Shown here: one piece after another, positions 20,505-30,331 of the stretch
Numbering within the stretch: the stretch's first letter is position 1
How the letters are laid out: every line of letters starts with the position of its first letter
Assembly (NCBI GenBank): GCA_964389905.1
Contig: CAYMGD010000005.1
Span: 6,842-70,841 of the forward strand
Direction of reading: 5' to 3'
Length of the DNA stretch: 64,000 bases
Source: an uncultured Coprobacillus sp.
Lineage (GTDB): Bacteria; Bacillota_I; Bacilli_A; ML615J-28; CAG-698
Made by a program: the position numbers and the translations under genes
Notes under the pieces: generated by a model
Database searches by the model: none
What the model was told of the DNA's origin: nothing
Seen by the model: the letters and a program-made list of their open reading frames with translations, nothing else

Positions 20505-21983
20505 ATGAAAAATGATGTGATACGCGACGTTGTTTTTAGAACAAATGGAGAACTTTATATTGGTGTTGTTGGTTCAGTTAGATCTGGTAAATCAACATTC
20601 ATTAGAAAGTTTATTGAAACTAAAGTATCGCCTTATGTAATGAACGAAGAGTTAAAGAATAAACTTATTGATGATTTACCTCAAAGCAGTGACGGTAAAA
20701 CCATAATGACAGTTGAGCCTAAGTTTGTTCCCTCTAGTCCAGTTTATATAAGTGTTGATGAAGAAATCAACTTAAATGTTAGATTAGTTGATTGTGTTGG
20801 TTATATTATTCCTTCCTCAAAAGGGTACATTAACGAAGATGGTAGCCCACGTTTGGTGAAAACACCATGGAAAGTCGAAAGCATACCTTTTGAAGAAGCA
20901 GCAACTTTAGGCACTAAAAAAGTTATTGAAAATCATTCACATATCGGAATACTATTAACTAGTGATGGATCATTTGGTGAGTTTTCAAGAGAAGAATATG
21001 AACTTGTTGAAGAGAAACTAGTCGAGGAAATGAAAGAATTAGAAAAACCTTTCGTAATAGTTATTAACACAACAAACCCTAATTCTGAAGAAACAAATAA
21101 TCTTGTAACTGAACTAAATGATAAATATGATGTAAATGTCTTAGCAATTAATGCTAATGAATTAACTGAAGATGATATTGATACTATTCTTCAAAAAGCT
21201 TTAGAAGAATTTGAAATAACCAAATTAGATTTAAATGTGCCTAATTGGATAAAAGAATTAGATAATTCATTTGATATAAAGAAAGAATTCAATGATGTCT
21301 TAGATAATGTTACAATTGAATATCGTAAGTTTAAACATATCAATAAACTACGAGATACTTTAAAAGAGTCTAATTTATTTGAATCAGTAACAATAACAGA
21401 TTTAAATAGTGGAACAGGAGAAGTAACGATTGATTTAACATGTAGTGATGAACTATTTAATGATATTTTAAAAATGTTACTTGGTGAAATGATGGATGAT
21501 AGAGGTAAATTCATAAAGTTTATTCAAGAATCTATTATTTCTAATAAAGAATATGCTTATTATAAAGAAGCTTTAGAGTTTTCTAAAAAAACTGGATACG
21601 GAATTTCAATGCCTACAACTAGTGAAATGACATTGAGTACGCCAGAAATAATTAAACAAGGTAATAGATATGGTATAAAACTAAAAGCAATTGCCCCTTC
21701 AATTCATATGATAAAAGTAGATGTCGAATCGTCTTTTGAACCAATAATAGGATCAGAAGAACAATCCAAGATTTTATTAGAAAAAATAATGAAAGATTAT
21801 GAAACTGATCCTCAAGCATTATGGAATAGTGAAATATTTGGAAGAAAGTTATGTGATGTTGTTAATGATGGCATAAAAGGTAAATTATTTTTATTAAATG
21901 ATCAAACACAATACAAATTTAGAGAGAGTTTAGAAAAAGTAGTAAATAAGGGACATGGAGGACTATTAGCTATAATCCTTTAA
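20505..21983 (+). CDS. spoIVA: stage IV sporulation protein A (spore coat morphogenetic ATPase)
   Basis: N-terminus IYIGVVGSVRSGKSTFIRKFIE matches SpoIVA Walker A. Length is 492 aa. der...spoIVA-hup gene order. Confidence 0.9.
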   Translation: MKNDVIRDVVFRTNGELYIGVVGSVRSGKSTFIRKFIETKVSPYVMNEELKNKLIDDLPQSSDGKTIMTVEPKFVPSSPVYISVDEEINLNVRLVDCVGYIIPSSKGYINEDGSPRLVKTPWKVESIPFEEAATLGTKKVIENHSHIGILLTSDGSFGEFSREEYELVEEKLVEEMKELEKPFVIVINTTNPNSEETNNLVTELNDKYDVNVLAINANELTEDDIDTILQKALEEFEITKLDLNVPNWIKELDNSFDIKKEFNDVLDNVTIEYRKFKHINKLRDTLKESNLFESVTITDLNSGTGEVTIDLTCSDELFNDILKMLLGEMMDDRGKFIKFIQESIISNKEYAYYKEALEFSKKTGYGISMPTTSEMTLSTPEIIKQGNRYGIKLKAIAPSIHMIKVDVESSFEPIIGSEEQSKILLEKIMKDYETDPQALWNSEIFGRKLCDVVNDGIKGKLFLLNDQTQYKFRESLEKVVNKGHGGLLAIIL

Positions 21984-21988
21984 TATAT

Positions 21989-22028
21989 AAAAACGGTGAT
22001 TTTTACTATGGTAAATTTTACCGTTTTT
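21989..22028 (+). terminator. rho-independent terminator after spoIVA
   Basis: AAAACGGT...ACCGTTTT stem followed by a T-run. Confidence 0.65.
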
Positions 22029-22074
22029 TATATCATTTTTAGATAAAAAGTAGTATAATTAACTTGGTGATTTT

Positions 22075-22353
22075 ATGTTAAAAAAAGAATATAGCAAAAA
22101 AATAAGTGAAAAATTAGGAGTTCCTCAAATACTTGTAAATAGTATAGTCGATGAGTTTATTAATGAGTTATCAGAAACACTATCAAATAAAGATAAAGTA
22201 TGCATAACAAACTTTGGAACATTTCAAAAAAGTTACATCCAAGCTAAAAATCAATTTTCACCAATTGATGGTAGTAAAGCTAAAACTAATAGTTATTATC
22301 GTATATCATTTGTTTGTTCTAAAGAATTAATAAAAAAACTAAAAAAAGAATAA
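22075..22353 (+). CDS. hup: HU/IHF-family DNA-binding protein
   Basis: 92 aa with the HU fold signature (…FINELSETL…ITNFGTF…). Sits in the position of hbs next to spoIVA. Confidence 0.7.
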   Translation: MLKKEYSKKISEKLGVPQILVNSIVDEFINELSETLSNKDKVCITNFGTFQKSYIQAKNQFSPIDGSKAKTNSYYRISFVCSKELIKKLKKE

Positions 22354-22381
22354 TTTAAAATTATATTAAATATAATTTAGT

Positions 22382-22846
22382 ATGGGTGCATTAAAAAATT
22401 TATATTTGTTCTTAATTTTTCTTTTTAGCATTGGAATATTTACATTTGTTGTCTTCTATGATGAGGATGTAAAATATAATGTTCATTATGTTGATGAACT
22501 TGAAAGTGATAGTAATACTATCAATATTTATCTTTTAAATGAAAATAATGAAATCAAACCATTAAAAGTAAATGTTGAAGATAAAAATGATTATCAAGAA
22601 ATATTTAGTTATTATAATGAAAAAATGAATAGTTTTGAAGTTGGATATAATAGTCCCTTAGTTTTTTCAACAGAGACAAAAAGTGTAGAATGTTTAGATA
22701 ATATACTAACTATAAGAATAGATAAATTATCTTCTGAATCTGACAACGAGAAATTAATGGAATGTTTACTAAAAACATATAATGAATTAGGTGTTAGCGC
22801 AATAACTTTAGAAGCGGGGAAAAGCACATTATATATTTCTTCATAA
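22382..22846 (+). CDS. membrane-anchored GerM-like (Germane-domain) protein (tentative)
   Basis: N-terminal TM anchor plus a ~130-aa domain. Lies immediately upstream of rdgB, where gerM sits near rph/rdgB in B. subtilis. Confidence 0.35.
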   Translation: MGALKNLYLFLIFLFSIGIFTFVVFYDEDVKYNVHYVDELESDSNTINIYLLNENNEIKPLKVNVEDKNDYQEIFSYYNEKMNSFEVGYNSPLVFSTETKSVECLDNILTIRIDKLSSESDNEKLMECLLKTYNELGVSAITLEAGKSTLYISS

Positions 22847-22925
22847 AAGCCTTTTCGAAGGTTTTTTTATACTTGCATTTACACAGAAAAAGTGATAAAA
22901 TATTTAAACAATATAGGTGCTATTT

Positions 22926-23537
22926 ATGAAAAAAATAATTGTTGCTACAAATAATAAACATAAGTTAATAGAACTTAAAGAAATGCTTAAAGATGTCTGC
23001 GAACTAACATCCTTAAGAGATTTAAATGAAATAACCGAACCGAAAGAAGATGGTTTAACATTTGCAGAGAATGCTTATAAAAAAGCAAAATATTATTATG
23101 ATATATATAAATTACCAATTATTGCTGATGATACTGGACTTGTAGTTCCAGCCTTAAATGGAATGCCTGGTATTTATTCAGCGCGATATGCTAGTTTAGG
23201 TCTATGTAAAGAATTTCATGATGACTTTCTTAATAGAAAAAAACTATTAAAGGAGTTAGAAAATGCAACAGATCGAAATGCATATTTTGAATGTACAATA
23301 TGTTACATCGATAGTGATGTTACAAAATATTTTACAGGAAAAACATATGGACATATCATATTACCAAACGAAGTAGATGATACTCAAATAAATGGTTTTG
23401 GATATGATAGATTATTTTATTCAGATGATTTAAATAAAACATTTGGTGAAGCCACAGAAGAAGAAAAAAATAGCGTTTCTCATCGTGGCCGAGCAGTAAA
23501 TAAATTAAAGGAGTATTTGTTAAATGATAGAAAATAA
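22926..23537 (+). CDS. rdgB: non-canonical purine NTP pyrophosphatase (RdgB/HAM1)
   Basis: ATNNKHKLIE, ADDTGL, FGYD and SHRG motifs. ATG 22926 lies behind AGGTG. Confidence 0.85.
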   Translation: MKKIIVATNNKHKLIELKEMLKDVCELTSLRDLNEITEPKEDGLTFAENAYKKAKYYYDIYKLPIIADDTGLVVPALNGMPGIYSARYASLGLCKEFHDDFLNRKKLLKELENATDRNAYFECTICYIDSDVTKYFTGKTYGHIILPNEVDDTQINGFGYDRLFYSDDLNKTFGEATEEEKNSVSHRGRAVNKLKEYLLNDRK

Positions 23538-24387
23538 AGTATTAGAAGTAGCTCAAAATGTTCTTGGAACAGAATGTAAAATTGAAAAAAGACTATTAGG
23601 TGGTATGAGCAATTATACATATGTTGTGTCATATAATGATAAACTTTACACAGTAAGAATCCCTGGTGAAAATTCTGAAAAGTTTTCTAATAGAGAAGAA
23701 GAAAAAATAGGAATTGATATATTTGAATCACTTTCTCTAACAACAAAAACCATTTATTTCGATAAAGCAACAGGAATTAAAGTATCTGAATATGTAGATG
23801 GTGATGTCTTAAATACTTTGGATAATATTGATTATCAAGAAGTTAGTAATTTACTTCATAAAGTTCATGATAGTAATATTCAATGTGATGTTGATTATGA
23901 TGCTTTTAATCGTTTGAATTATTATGAAAGTCATTTAGATGGCAATGAAAGATTCATAAATAATCATTATTTAGAAATAAAGAATAAACTATTCAGTTAT
24001 CAAGAATATCTTGAAAAACAACCAAAGGTATTTTGCCATAATGACTGTCAACCATCAAACTTTATTCTTACAAAAAATGAATTAAAAATTGTTGATTTTG
24101 AATTTGTTGGTAACAATGATTATTTATATGATATTGCATGCTTTGGAAATAACGATTTTGAAGAAGCATTAAAGTTATTAAAAGTTTATGAAAAAAATAT
24201 TAATGATAATATCTATAAACGTTTAAACTTATGGAGAGCATTCCAATGCTTACAATGGTATCTTGTTGCTAGTTTTAAAGATATTACTGGAATGAGTGAA
24301 AAACTTAAAATAGACTTTAAGGCAGTTGGTGAGATGTATCTTGATTTAGCTTTGAAACATATTACAATTTCTGAAAAATACAATTAA
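23524..24387 (+). CDS. choline/ethanolamine-kinase-family (APH-fold) phosphotransferase
   Basis: Catalytic-loop motif FCHNDCQPSNFIL, IVDFEF, and an N-terminal GGMSN nucleotide loop. Confidence 0.65.
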   Translation: MIENKVLEVAQNVLGTECKIEKRLLGGMSNYTYVVSYNDKLYTVRIPGENSEKFSNREEEKIGIDIFESLSLTTKTIYFDKATGIKVSEYVDGDVLNTLDNIDYQEVSNLLHKVHDSNIQCDVDYDAFNRLNYYESHLDGNERFINNHYLEIKNKLFSYQEYLEKQPKVFCHNDCQPSNFILTKNELKIVDFEFVGNNDYLYDIACFGNNDFEEALKLLKVYEKNINDNIYKRLNLWRAFQCLQWYLVASFKDITGMSEKLKIDFKAVGEMYLDLALKHITISEKYN

Positions 24388-24423
24388 TAAGATAAATAAA
24401 AAGAAAATAAGATAAAAAATCGC

Positions 24424-24450
24424 AGGTATTTTAAAAAAATACCTTGATTT
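24424..24450 (+). terminator. terminator hairpin after the kinase gene
   Basis: AGGTATTT / AAATACCT stem followed by TGATTTTT. Confidence 0.5.
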
Positions 24451-24472
24451 TTAAAATGATTAATGCTATAAT
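24444..24472 (+). promoter_or_regulatory. sigma-A-type promoter of rpsU
   Basis: TTGATT (24444-24449), 17-nt spacer, extended -10 TGCTATAAT (24464-24472). Confidence 0.6.
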
Positions 24473-24509
24473 ATACTAGACTTATGTGTGTGAAAGGAGG
24501 GACAAAAAA

Positions 24510-24698
24510 ATGCCAAAAACCATAGTTAGAGAAAATGAATCAATTGAAGATACTCTTAAACGTTTCAAACGTGATGTGTCAAGAAGTGGTACCCTTCAAG
24601 AAGCACGTAAAAGAGAACACTTTTTAAAGCCAAGTGACATTAAAAAGATGAAAAAAAGAGCAGCTAAAAAGAATCAATATCGTCGTAATAATTACTAG
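24510..24698 (+). CDS. rpsU: 30S ribosomal protein S21
   Basis: [27 protein letters not shown]...[24 protein letters not shown]. The track ORF begins 24 nt too early. Confidence 0.95.
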   Translation: MPKTIVRENESIEDTLKRFKRDVSRSGTLQEARKREHFLKPSDIKKMKKRAAKKNQYRRNNY

Positions 24699-24714
24699 AT
24701 ATATTCTTAGAATA

Positions 24715-24740
24715 AATTGGGTTAATTCCCAATTTTTTTT
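24715..24740 (+). terminator. rho-independent terminator after rpsU
   Basis: AATTGGG-loop-CCCAATT followed by T8. Confidence 0.75.
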
Positions 24741-24796
24741 ATGCTTTTATGTATTTTATTATTATTTATAATCATATAATTATATTAGGTGATAAT

Positions 24797-25003
24797 ATGT
24801 TTAATGATAATAAAATAATTATAACCAATAATAAAATATCAATATTTAGTTATGATGAACTAAAAGAAATAAACACAGATTATATAACTATAGATAATGT
24901 ATGTATTTATGGTAAGTTCTTAAGGATTGAGGAAATGGATGAATATTTTATAATTATTTGTGGAGAAATTGCAAAGGTTGTTTTTGATGAAGAAAATCAA
25001 TAA
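24797..25003 (+). CDS. yqfC: YabP/YqfC-family sporulation protein
   Basis: 68-aa protein in the rpsU-yqfC-yqfD position. ATG 24797 lies behind AGGTGA. Confidence 0.65.
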   Translation: MFNDNKIIITNNKISIFSYDELKEINTDYITIDNVCIYGKFLRIEEMDEYFIIICGEIAKVVFDEENQ

Positions 25004-26063
25004 ATATTTTGTAAGGACGAAAAATACTGATATTAGTTCATTAAACAAAAGGAAAATATACAACTTTAAAAAAGAAAATGATGAGATTTCTTTTTATACC
25101 AATAATATTAGTGATTTAGATGAATCATATGTTATAACAAATTTATATAAAAATAATATTATTAAATTCTTTAAAAATTATTCAATAACTATTATAGGGA
25201 TATTAATTTTAATTTTATGTTCATATATTATTAGTAAATCAATAACCGATATTGAATTTGCCCAAAGCATTCATGATGAAGATGTATATCAGTATGTCTC
25301 AAATGAAATAAAATACTATGGGAAAATAGGATTTTTAAAAAGAAATATAATAGATATAAATAAAGATTTACGTAAAACATATTATATGTATCAATGGATA
25401 AATATTGAAAAGAAAGGAACCTTAATACGTATTAATCTTTCAAAAGCTGATACTGATGATTTTATTAATGATGGAACTACAAAAGATTATTTAATTTCTC
25501 ATTATGATGCATATATTAAAGGTTATTATGTTAAGAAAGGTAAAATATTAGTTTCACTTAATACAACTGTATCAAAAGGTGATAACCTTATTTCAGGTTA
25601 TATACCTATATATGGTGGCGAAGAAAATAAAGTTGAACCTGAAGGATATGTTATTGGTGAAGTAAGTTATCTTAAAACAATTTCACTTGAAAACAATAAA
25701 ATCGTTTTTGAGAAAAGTGGAAAAATAAAGAAAAAGAGAATATATGTTTTGTTTAATAAAGAAAAAGACTTAAAGTGTGATTTTTTTGATGAATATGAAA
25801 TAGAGCGAAAAGAAGTTTTGTCATTTGGTAAATTTTTAAAAGTATATGATATTTATTACTATGAAATTGTCGAAAGTAAAATTTCTTATACTGAGTGTAG
25901 TGCTATTACATATGGCAAAAGTTTAATTTATAGTGAATTTGATGAAAAGAAAAAGTATGATTTTGAAAAAATAATTTCTATTGAAGTAAATAATATTACT
26001 TTTGATAATAATATAAATATAACTTTTACTATAAATATGATTAAAGACATAACAAGAGATTAA
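24987..26063 (+). CDS. yqfD: sporulation protein YqfD
   Basis: ~360-aa protein with one central TM helix, directly after and overlapping yqfC and upstream of phoH. Confidence 0.65.
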   Translation: MKKINKYFVRTKNTDISSLNKRKIYNFKKENDEISFYTNNISDLDESYVITNLYKNNIIKFFKNYSITIIGILILILCSYIISKSITDIEFAQSIHDEDVYQYVSNEIKYYGKIGFLKRNIIDINKDLRKTYYMYQWINIEKKGTLIRINLSKADTDDFINDGTTKDYLISHYDAYIKGYYVKKGKILVSLNTTVSKGDNLISGYIPIYGGEENKVEPEGYVIGEVSYLKTISLENNKIVFEKSGKIKKKRIYVLFNKEKDLKCDFFDEYEIERKEVLSFGKFLKVYDIYYYEIVESKISYTECSAITYGKSLIYSEFDEKKKYDFEKIISIEVNNITFDNNINITFTINMIKDITRD

Positions 26064-26123
26064 TAAATGCTTTTATTTTTATAGTTTTAGTGTTATAATT
26101 ATTAAGCTATTGGAGAATAAAAT

Positions 26124-27086
26124 ATGAGTGAATTTATAAAAGTATATGAACTTAATTCAGAAATCAATGATATTGATTTGAGAGGAGCAAGTGACATATA
26201 TATTAAAGCAATTGAATCGTGTTTGAAAATAGAGATAGTTATAGATGAAAATAATATATATCTTAAGAACGAAGATATACATTTTCAAACTAAAGTATGT
26301 AATATTTTCGAAGCCATCGAAACATTGTTACTTAATAATATTTCCTTAAGTTTAGGTGATATTTATGGCTTAATAAATAATATTGATAGCGATAACTTAA
26401 AATCAATTGTTTCTTTGTATCTTAAAAAAGAAAATATTATAACAACAGTATCTGGAAAGACTATCTATCCTAAGACTTTAAATCAAAAGCTTTATATTAA
26501 AGCTTTAGAAGATAATGATATAGTTTTCGCAATCGGTCCAGCGGGAACAGGAAAAACATATTTAGGGGTAATGTATGCTTTAAAACTTTTAAAATCATTT
26601 AAAGTTCGCCGTATTGTTTTAGTTAGACCAATTGTTGAGGCTGGCGAAAAATTAGGGTTCTTGCCTGGCGATTTAAAAGAAAAAATTGATCCTTATTTGA
26701 TTCCTATTTATGATTCTTTATATGAAGCAATTGGTAAGGAACAAGTTACTAAACTGATTGAAAAGGGAACAATAGAAGTAGCTCCTCTTGCTTATATGCG
26801 TGGTAGAACTTTAGATAATGCAGTTATTATTCTTGATGAAGCACAAAATGCTACCTTAACACAAATGAAAATGTTTCTAACACGTTTAGGTTTTGGATCT
26901 AAAATGATTGTAACTGGTGACCTTTCACAAATCGATTTACCAACAAGAAATATTTCAGGAATGATTGAAGCGACAGATTTATTACAAGATATAGAAGGAA
27001 TAAAGATGGTCAAATTCCAACGTGAAGATGTTATGAGACATCCATTAGTCTTCAAAATAATAGAAAGGTACGACAATAAAAGATAA
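26124..27086 (+). CDS. phoH: PhoH-like ATPase
   Basis: [11 protein letters not shown]alker A, ILDEAQN Walker [12 protein letters not shown]. Confidence 0.9.
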   Translation: MSEFIKVYELNSEINDIDLRGASDIYIKAIESCLKIEIVIDENNIYLKNEDIHFQTKVCNIFEAIETLLLNNISLSLGDIYGLINNIDSDNLKSIVSLYLKKENIITTVSGKTIYPKTLNQKLYIKALEDNDIVFAIGPAGTGKTYLGVMYALKLLKSFKVRRIVLVRPIVEAGEKLGFLPGDLKEKIDPYLIPIYDSLYEAIGKEQVTKLIEKGTIEVAPLAYMRGRTLDNAVIILDEAQNATLTQMKMFLTRLGFGSKMIVTGDLSQIDLPTRNISGMIEATDLLQDIEGIKMVKFQREDVMRHPLVFKIIERYDNKR

Positions 27087-27088
27087 AT

Positions 27089-27508
27089 ATGCTAATTAAT
27101 CTTTATAATAATTATCCTAATGAAATAGATTTTGATTTCAATAAAATCATTAAAGATATTGAAACATATGAAAGTAATGGAGAAATTGCTTTAATATTAG
27201 TTGATTTAGATGAAATACATAAAATTAATAAAGAATATCGTCACAAAGATTATCCAACAGATGTAATCTCTTTTGAATCAGATGATGAGGAAGATGAAAA
27301 TTATCGCGGTGAAATATTTTTGTGCGTTGATAAAGCTTATGAGCAGGCAAAAGCTTATGGGCATAGTGTAGAAAGAGAATTTGCTTTTCTCTTAATTCAT
27401 GGCGTTTTACATCTTCATGGTTATGATCACCTTACACCAGAAGAAGAAAAAGTAATGTTTACAAAGCAAGAAGAAATATTAACTAATTTAAATTACATAA
27501 GGAGATAA
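27089..27508 (+). CDS. ybeY: rRNA maturation endoribonuclease YbeY
   Basis: Zinc motif [11 protein letters not shown]. Confidence 0.9.
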   Translation: MLINLYNNYPNEIDFDFNKIIKDIETYESNGEIALILVDLDEIHKINKEYRHKDYPTDVISFESDDEEDENYRGEIFLCVDKAYEQAKAYGHSVEREFAFLLIHGVLHLHGYDHLTPEEEKVMFTKQEEILTNLNYIRR

Positions 27509-27511
27509 CTA

Positions 27512-27946
27512 ATGATTCTAAAGGAAAATCCATTATTAGAAGAAAAATTTTTAGAAATGTATGAAGCAGCATTGACTGGTTATAAAAATGCTTATACACC
27601 ATATTCTAATTTTAAAGTAGGTGCAAGCCTTTTATTAAAAAATGGTAAAATAATATATGGTTGTAACGTTGAAAATTCATCATACGGCTTAACAAATTGT
27701 GCTGAAAGAACAACTCTTTTTAAGGCAGTTTCTGAAGGTTATTCAAAAGATGACTTTGTTGCTTTTATGATAATTGCAAAAACAAATGAACCTGTTTCCC
27801 CTTGTGGCGCGTGCAGACAAGTGATGAGAGAACTAATGCATCCTCAAACACCAGTTATCCTTACAAATTTGGATAAGAAAATAAAAGAAACAACTGTTGA
27901 AAAATTATTACCATATTCTTTTACAGGAGATAATTTAAATGAATAA
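27512..27946 (+). CDS. cdd: cytidine deaminase
   Basis: CAERTTLF and PCGACRQVM zinc ligands. Confidence 0.9.
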   Translation: MILKENPLLEEKFLEMYEAALTGYKNAYTPYSNFKVGASLLLKNGKIIYGCNVENSSYGLTNCAERTTLFKAVSEGYSKDDFVAFMIIAKTNEPVSPCGACRQVMRELMHPQTPVILTNLDKKIKETTVEKLLPYSFTGDNLNE

Positions 27947-28850
27947 ATTCAAATCAGGCTTTGTGGCAATTATAGGGAGACCAAATGTTGGAAAATCAAC
28001 ATTTCTAAACTATTGTTTAGGCAAAAAAATATCGATAATAAGCCCTAAACCTCAAACAACTAGAAACAAACTACAAGGCATTTATACAACAGATGAAATG
28101 CAGATAATATTTATTGATACTCCAGGTATTCATAAAACCCAAAATAAGTTAGGCGATTATATGAACAAAGAAGCATTTTCCACATTAGATGATGCTGATT
28201 ATATTATGCTAATAACTGATAGTACTCAAGACTTTGGAAGTGGAGATTCATTTGTTTTAGATGTTTTAAAAAAAGCCCATGCTCCAATAATTTTATTAAG
28301 AAATAAAATAGATTTAATAAAATCATTAGAAAGTTTTAACGAAAATACTAATAAATTTATTGAATATTTTAATAATAACTCGAAGTCTTTTTCAAAGATT
28401 ATTAATATTAGTTCTGTAACAGGTGAAAATATAAATGAATTATTAGATTATTTCCAAAATAATCTTCCTTTAGGTCCAATGTATTTTCCTAAAGACCAAA
28501 TCTCTGATCATCCTGAAGAATTTATAATTTCAGAAATAATACGTGAAAAAGTCTTACTATTAACTAAAGAAGAAGTTCCACACTCAATTGCTTGTGTTGT
28601 TGAAAGGATGAAAATTGATGAAGAAAACGAAAATCTTATAAACATTAATGCAGTTATTGTTGTTGAGAGAGATTCTCAAAAAAAGATAATTATTGGTAAA
28701 AATGGTCAAATGATAAAGAAAATTGGAACTTTAGCTAGGAAAGAAATAGTTATGTTTTTAGGAATGAAAGTATACTTAGAAATATGGGTTAGAGTTGAAG
28801 AAAAATGGCGTGACAACACCAACAAATTGAAAAAATTGGGATATCAATAA
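27939..28850 (+). CDS. era: GTPase Era
   Basis: GRPNVGKSTFLN, DTPG and NKID, with a C-terminal KH domain. Confidence 0.95.
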   Translation: MNKFKSGFVAIIGRPNVGKSTFLNYCLGKKISIISPKPQTTRNKLQGIYTTDEMQIIFIDTPGIHKTQNKLGDYMNKEAFSTLDDADYIMLITDSTQDFGSGDSFVLDVLKKAHAPIILLRNKIDLIKSLESFNENTNKFIEYFNNNSKSFSKIINISSVTGENINELLDYFQNNLPLGPMYFPKDQISDHPEEFIISEIIREKVLLLTKEEVPHSIACVVERMKIDEENENLININAVIVVERDSQKKIIIGKNGQMIKKIGTLARKEIVMFLGMKVYLEIWVRVEEKWRDNTNKLKKLGYQ

Positions 28851-28906
28851 ACATCTATAAAAGAATAAATTCACCAAAAAAAGAAAAAATATAAATGGTG
28901 AATGAA

Positions 28907-29062
28907 ATGAATAATATAAACAAGAAAAGAAATAAACTTTATCAAAAGTTTACGGAAACAGGGAAAATAAGTGATTACTTATTATATGCGAAAGAAAAAA
29001 ATAATGATGTAAGAGGAAGAAGCAATGGAACTCATCGAGGGAATAGTTCTAAATACTCGTAA
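28907..29062 (+). CDS. small YqzL-like protein (not in the supplied ORF track; tentative)
   Basis: 51-codon ORF between era and recO. KLYQKFTETGKISDYLLYAKEK resembles the YqzL motif as I recall it. No strong RBS. Overlaps the recO start by 38 nt. Confidence 0.4.
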   Translation: MNNINKKRNKLYQKFTETGKISDYLLYAKEKNNDVRGRSNGTHRGNSSKYS

Positions 29063-29774
29063 ATATCAAGAAAATTCTAAATTAATTTATGTTATAACTA
29101 AAGAATCATTAATGACGCTTTTAGTAAAAGCATCATGTTCGTTCACAAGCAAAAATTATGCTTGCGCTCAAGAACTAATTAAAATAAACTTTTCATATAG
29201 CGAAAGCAAAAGAAATAGTTTCAATACTCTTACGAGCTATGAAATTGTTGATACTTATAAGTTTGTAAAAGATAAATATAATGTTATAAAAGAAATATTA
29301 GATATATTAAATATTATATATCGCTATTATGAACATATTTCAGTAGAAAAAATTACAGATCGTAATAATGTTTATAATCTTTTGAACTTTTATTTAAATA
29401 AAATAAATTTACTTTATAGTGATGAATATAAAGATAATATAGATAAAATAGATTATTTACATAAAATGTATAAAATAATATTTTTAGAAAAAATGTTATA
29501 TTTATTGGGTGTTGGTCCAAATGTCTATAATTGTACTGTTTGCTCTTTACCGAATGCATATAATTTCTCTATCTCAAGCGGTGGTGTTGTTTGTGAGAAA
29601 TGCAAAACAAAAGATTCCTTTTCAGGAACCGTTGTAGGAGTTTTTAAAGTATTATATCTTGGTAAATTAGAAATATTCGACTATAAATGCCTTTTAGAAC
29701 TGCCAAATTGCGTAGAAGAACTACAAAAAATCATAAAATTATATTATGAAAGATATTTATCAATAAGAATTTAA
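29025..29774 (+). CDS. recO: DNA repair protein RecO
   Basis: OB-fold N-terminus, zinc finger CTVC...CEKC, and era-recO gene order. Confidence 0.8.
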   Translation: MELIEGIVLNTRKYQENSKLIYVITKESLMTLLVKASCSFTSKNYACAQELIKINFSYSESKRNSFNTLTSYEIVDTYKFVKDKYNVIKEILDILNIIYRYYEHISVEKITDRNNVYNLLNFYLNKINLLYSDEYKDNIDKIDYLHKMYKIIFLEKMLYLLGVGPNVYNCTVCSLPNAYNFSISSGGVVCEKCKTKDSFSGTVVGVFKVLYLGKLEIFDYKCLLELPNCVEELQKIIKLYYERYLSIRI

Positions 29775-29800
29775 AGCTATTTATTCATAGCTTTTTATTT
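29773..29800 (+). terminator. rho-independent terminator after recO
   Basis: AAAGCTAT-loop-ATAGCTTT followed by a T-run. Confidence 0.7.
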
Positions 29801-29887
29801 TAGGGGTAAAATAAATATTATCAAAAAGTTAAAAAGAGTACATTTAAAAGAAAAATGTCGATAAATGTAGAAAAATAAAGGAGTTTT

Positions 29888-30214
29888 ATGAATAATTACC
29901 ATTTTTATTATAATTATATTATTCAACCACTATTATTATTTGTTATACAAATGTTATTATTTAATTATTCAATTATTACAAAAAATATAATCAGCATATT
30001 AATATTATTTTTATTTGATTTATTTATATTAATTGACTATTCAATTTTTGATTATTTATTAAAAATGATATTATATATTATTTACTTCATAATTGTTTTA
30101 ATTTTTAGTAACAATCTATTATTTAATATTTATACAGATTATTTTTCTTTTGTTTTAGTAATATTTATAAATTATACTTTTAATATATTTTATTCTTATA
30201 AAAGAGTTACATGA
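29888..30214 (+). CDS. small hydrophobic membrane protein (I/L/F/Y-rich), hypothetical
   Basis: Strong RBS AAGGAG 7 nt upstream of the ATG. Three predicted TM segments. No recognisable family. Confidence 0.45.
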   Translation: MNNYHFYYNYIIQPLLLFVIQMLLFNYSIITKNIISILILFLFDLFILIDYSIFDYLLKMILYIIYFIIVLIFSNNLLFNIYTDYFSFVLVIFINYTFNIFYSYKRVT

Positions 30215-30259
30215 TACGGTAACTTTTTTTATATTTTGCAAATTGTAAAAACAAGCATA

Positions 30260-30288
30260 TTGACAAATTGACAAATGAATGTTAAAAT
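30260..30288 (+). promoter_or_regulatory. sigma-A-type promoter of glyQS
   Basis: TTGACA (30260-30265), 17-nt spacer, TAAAAT (30283-30288). Confidence 0.55.
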
Positions 30289-30331
30289 ATAATGATACCA
30301 AAAGTGTTTATAAAATGAAGGAGCGAAAAAT

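Noticed and set aside
30215-30331. T-box leader upstream of glyQS
   Set aside because: The predicted promoter leaves a leader of only ~40 nt. There is no room for the Stem I/specifier/antiterminator architecture, and no T-box consensus sequence was seen.
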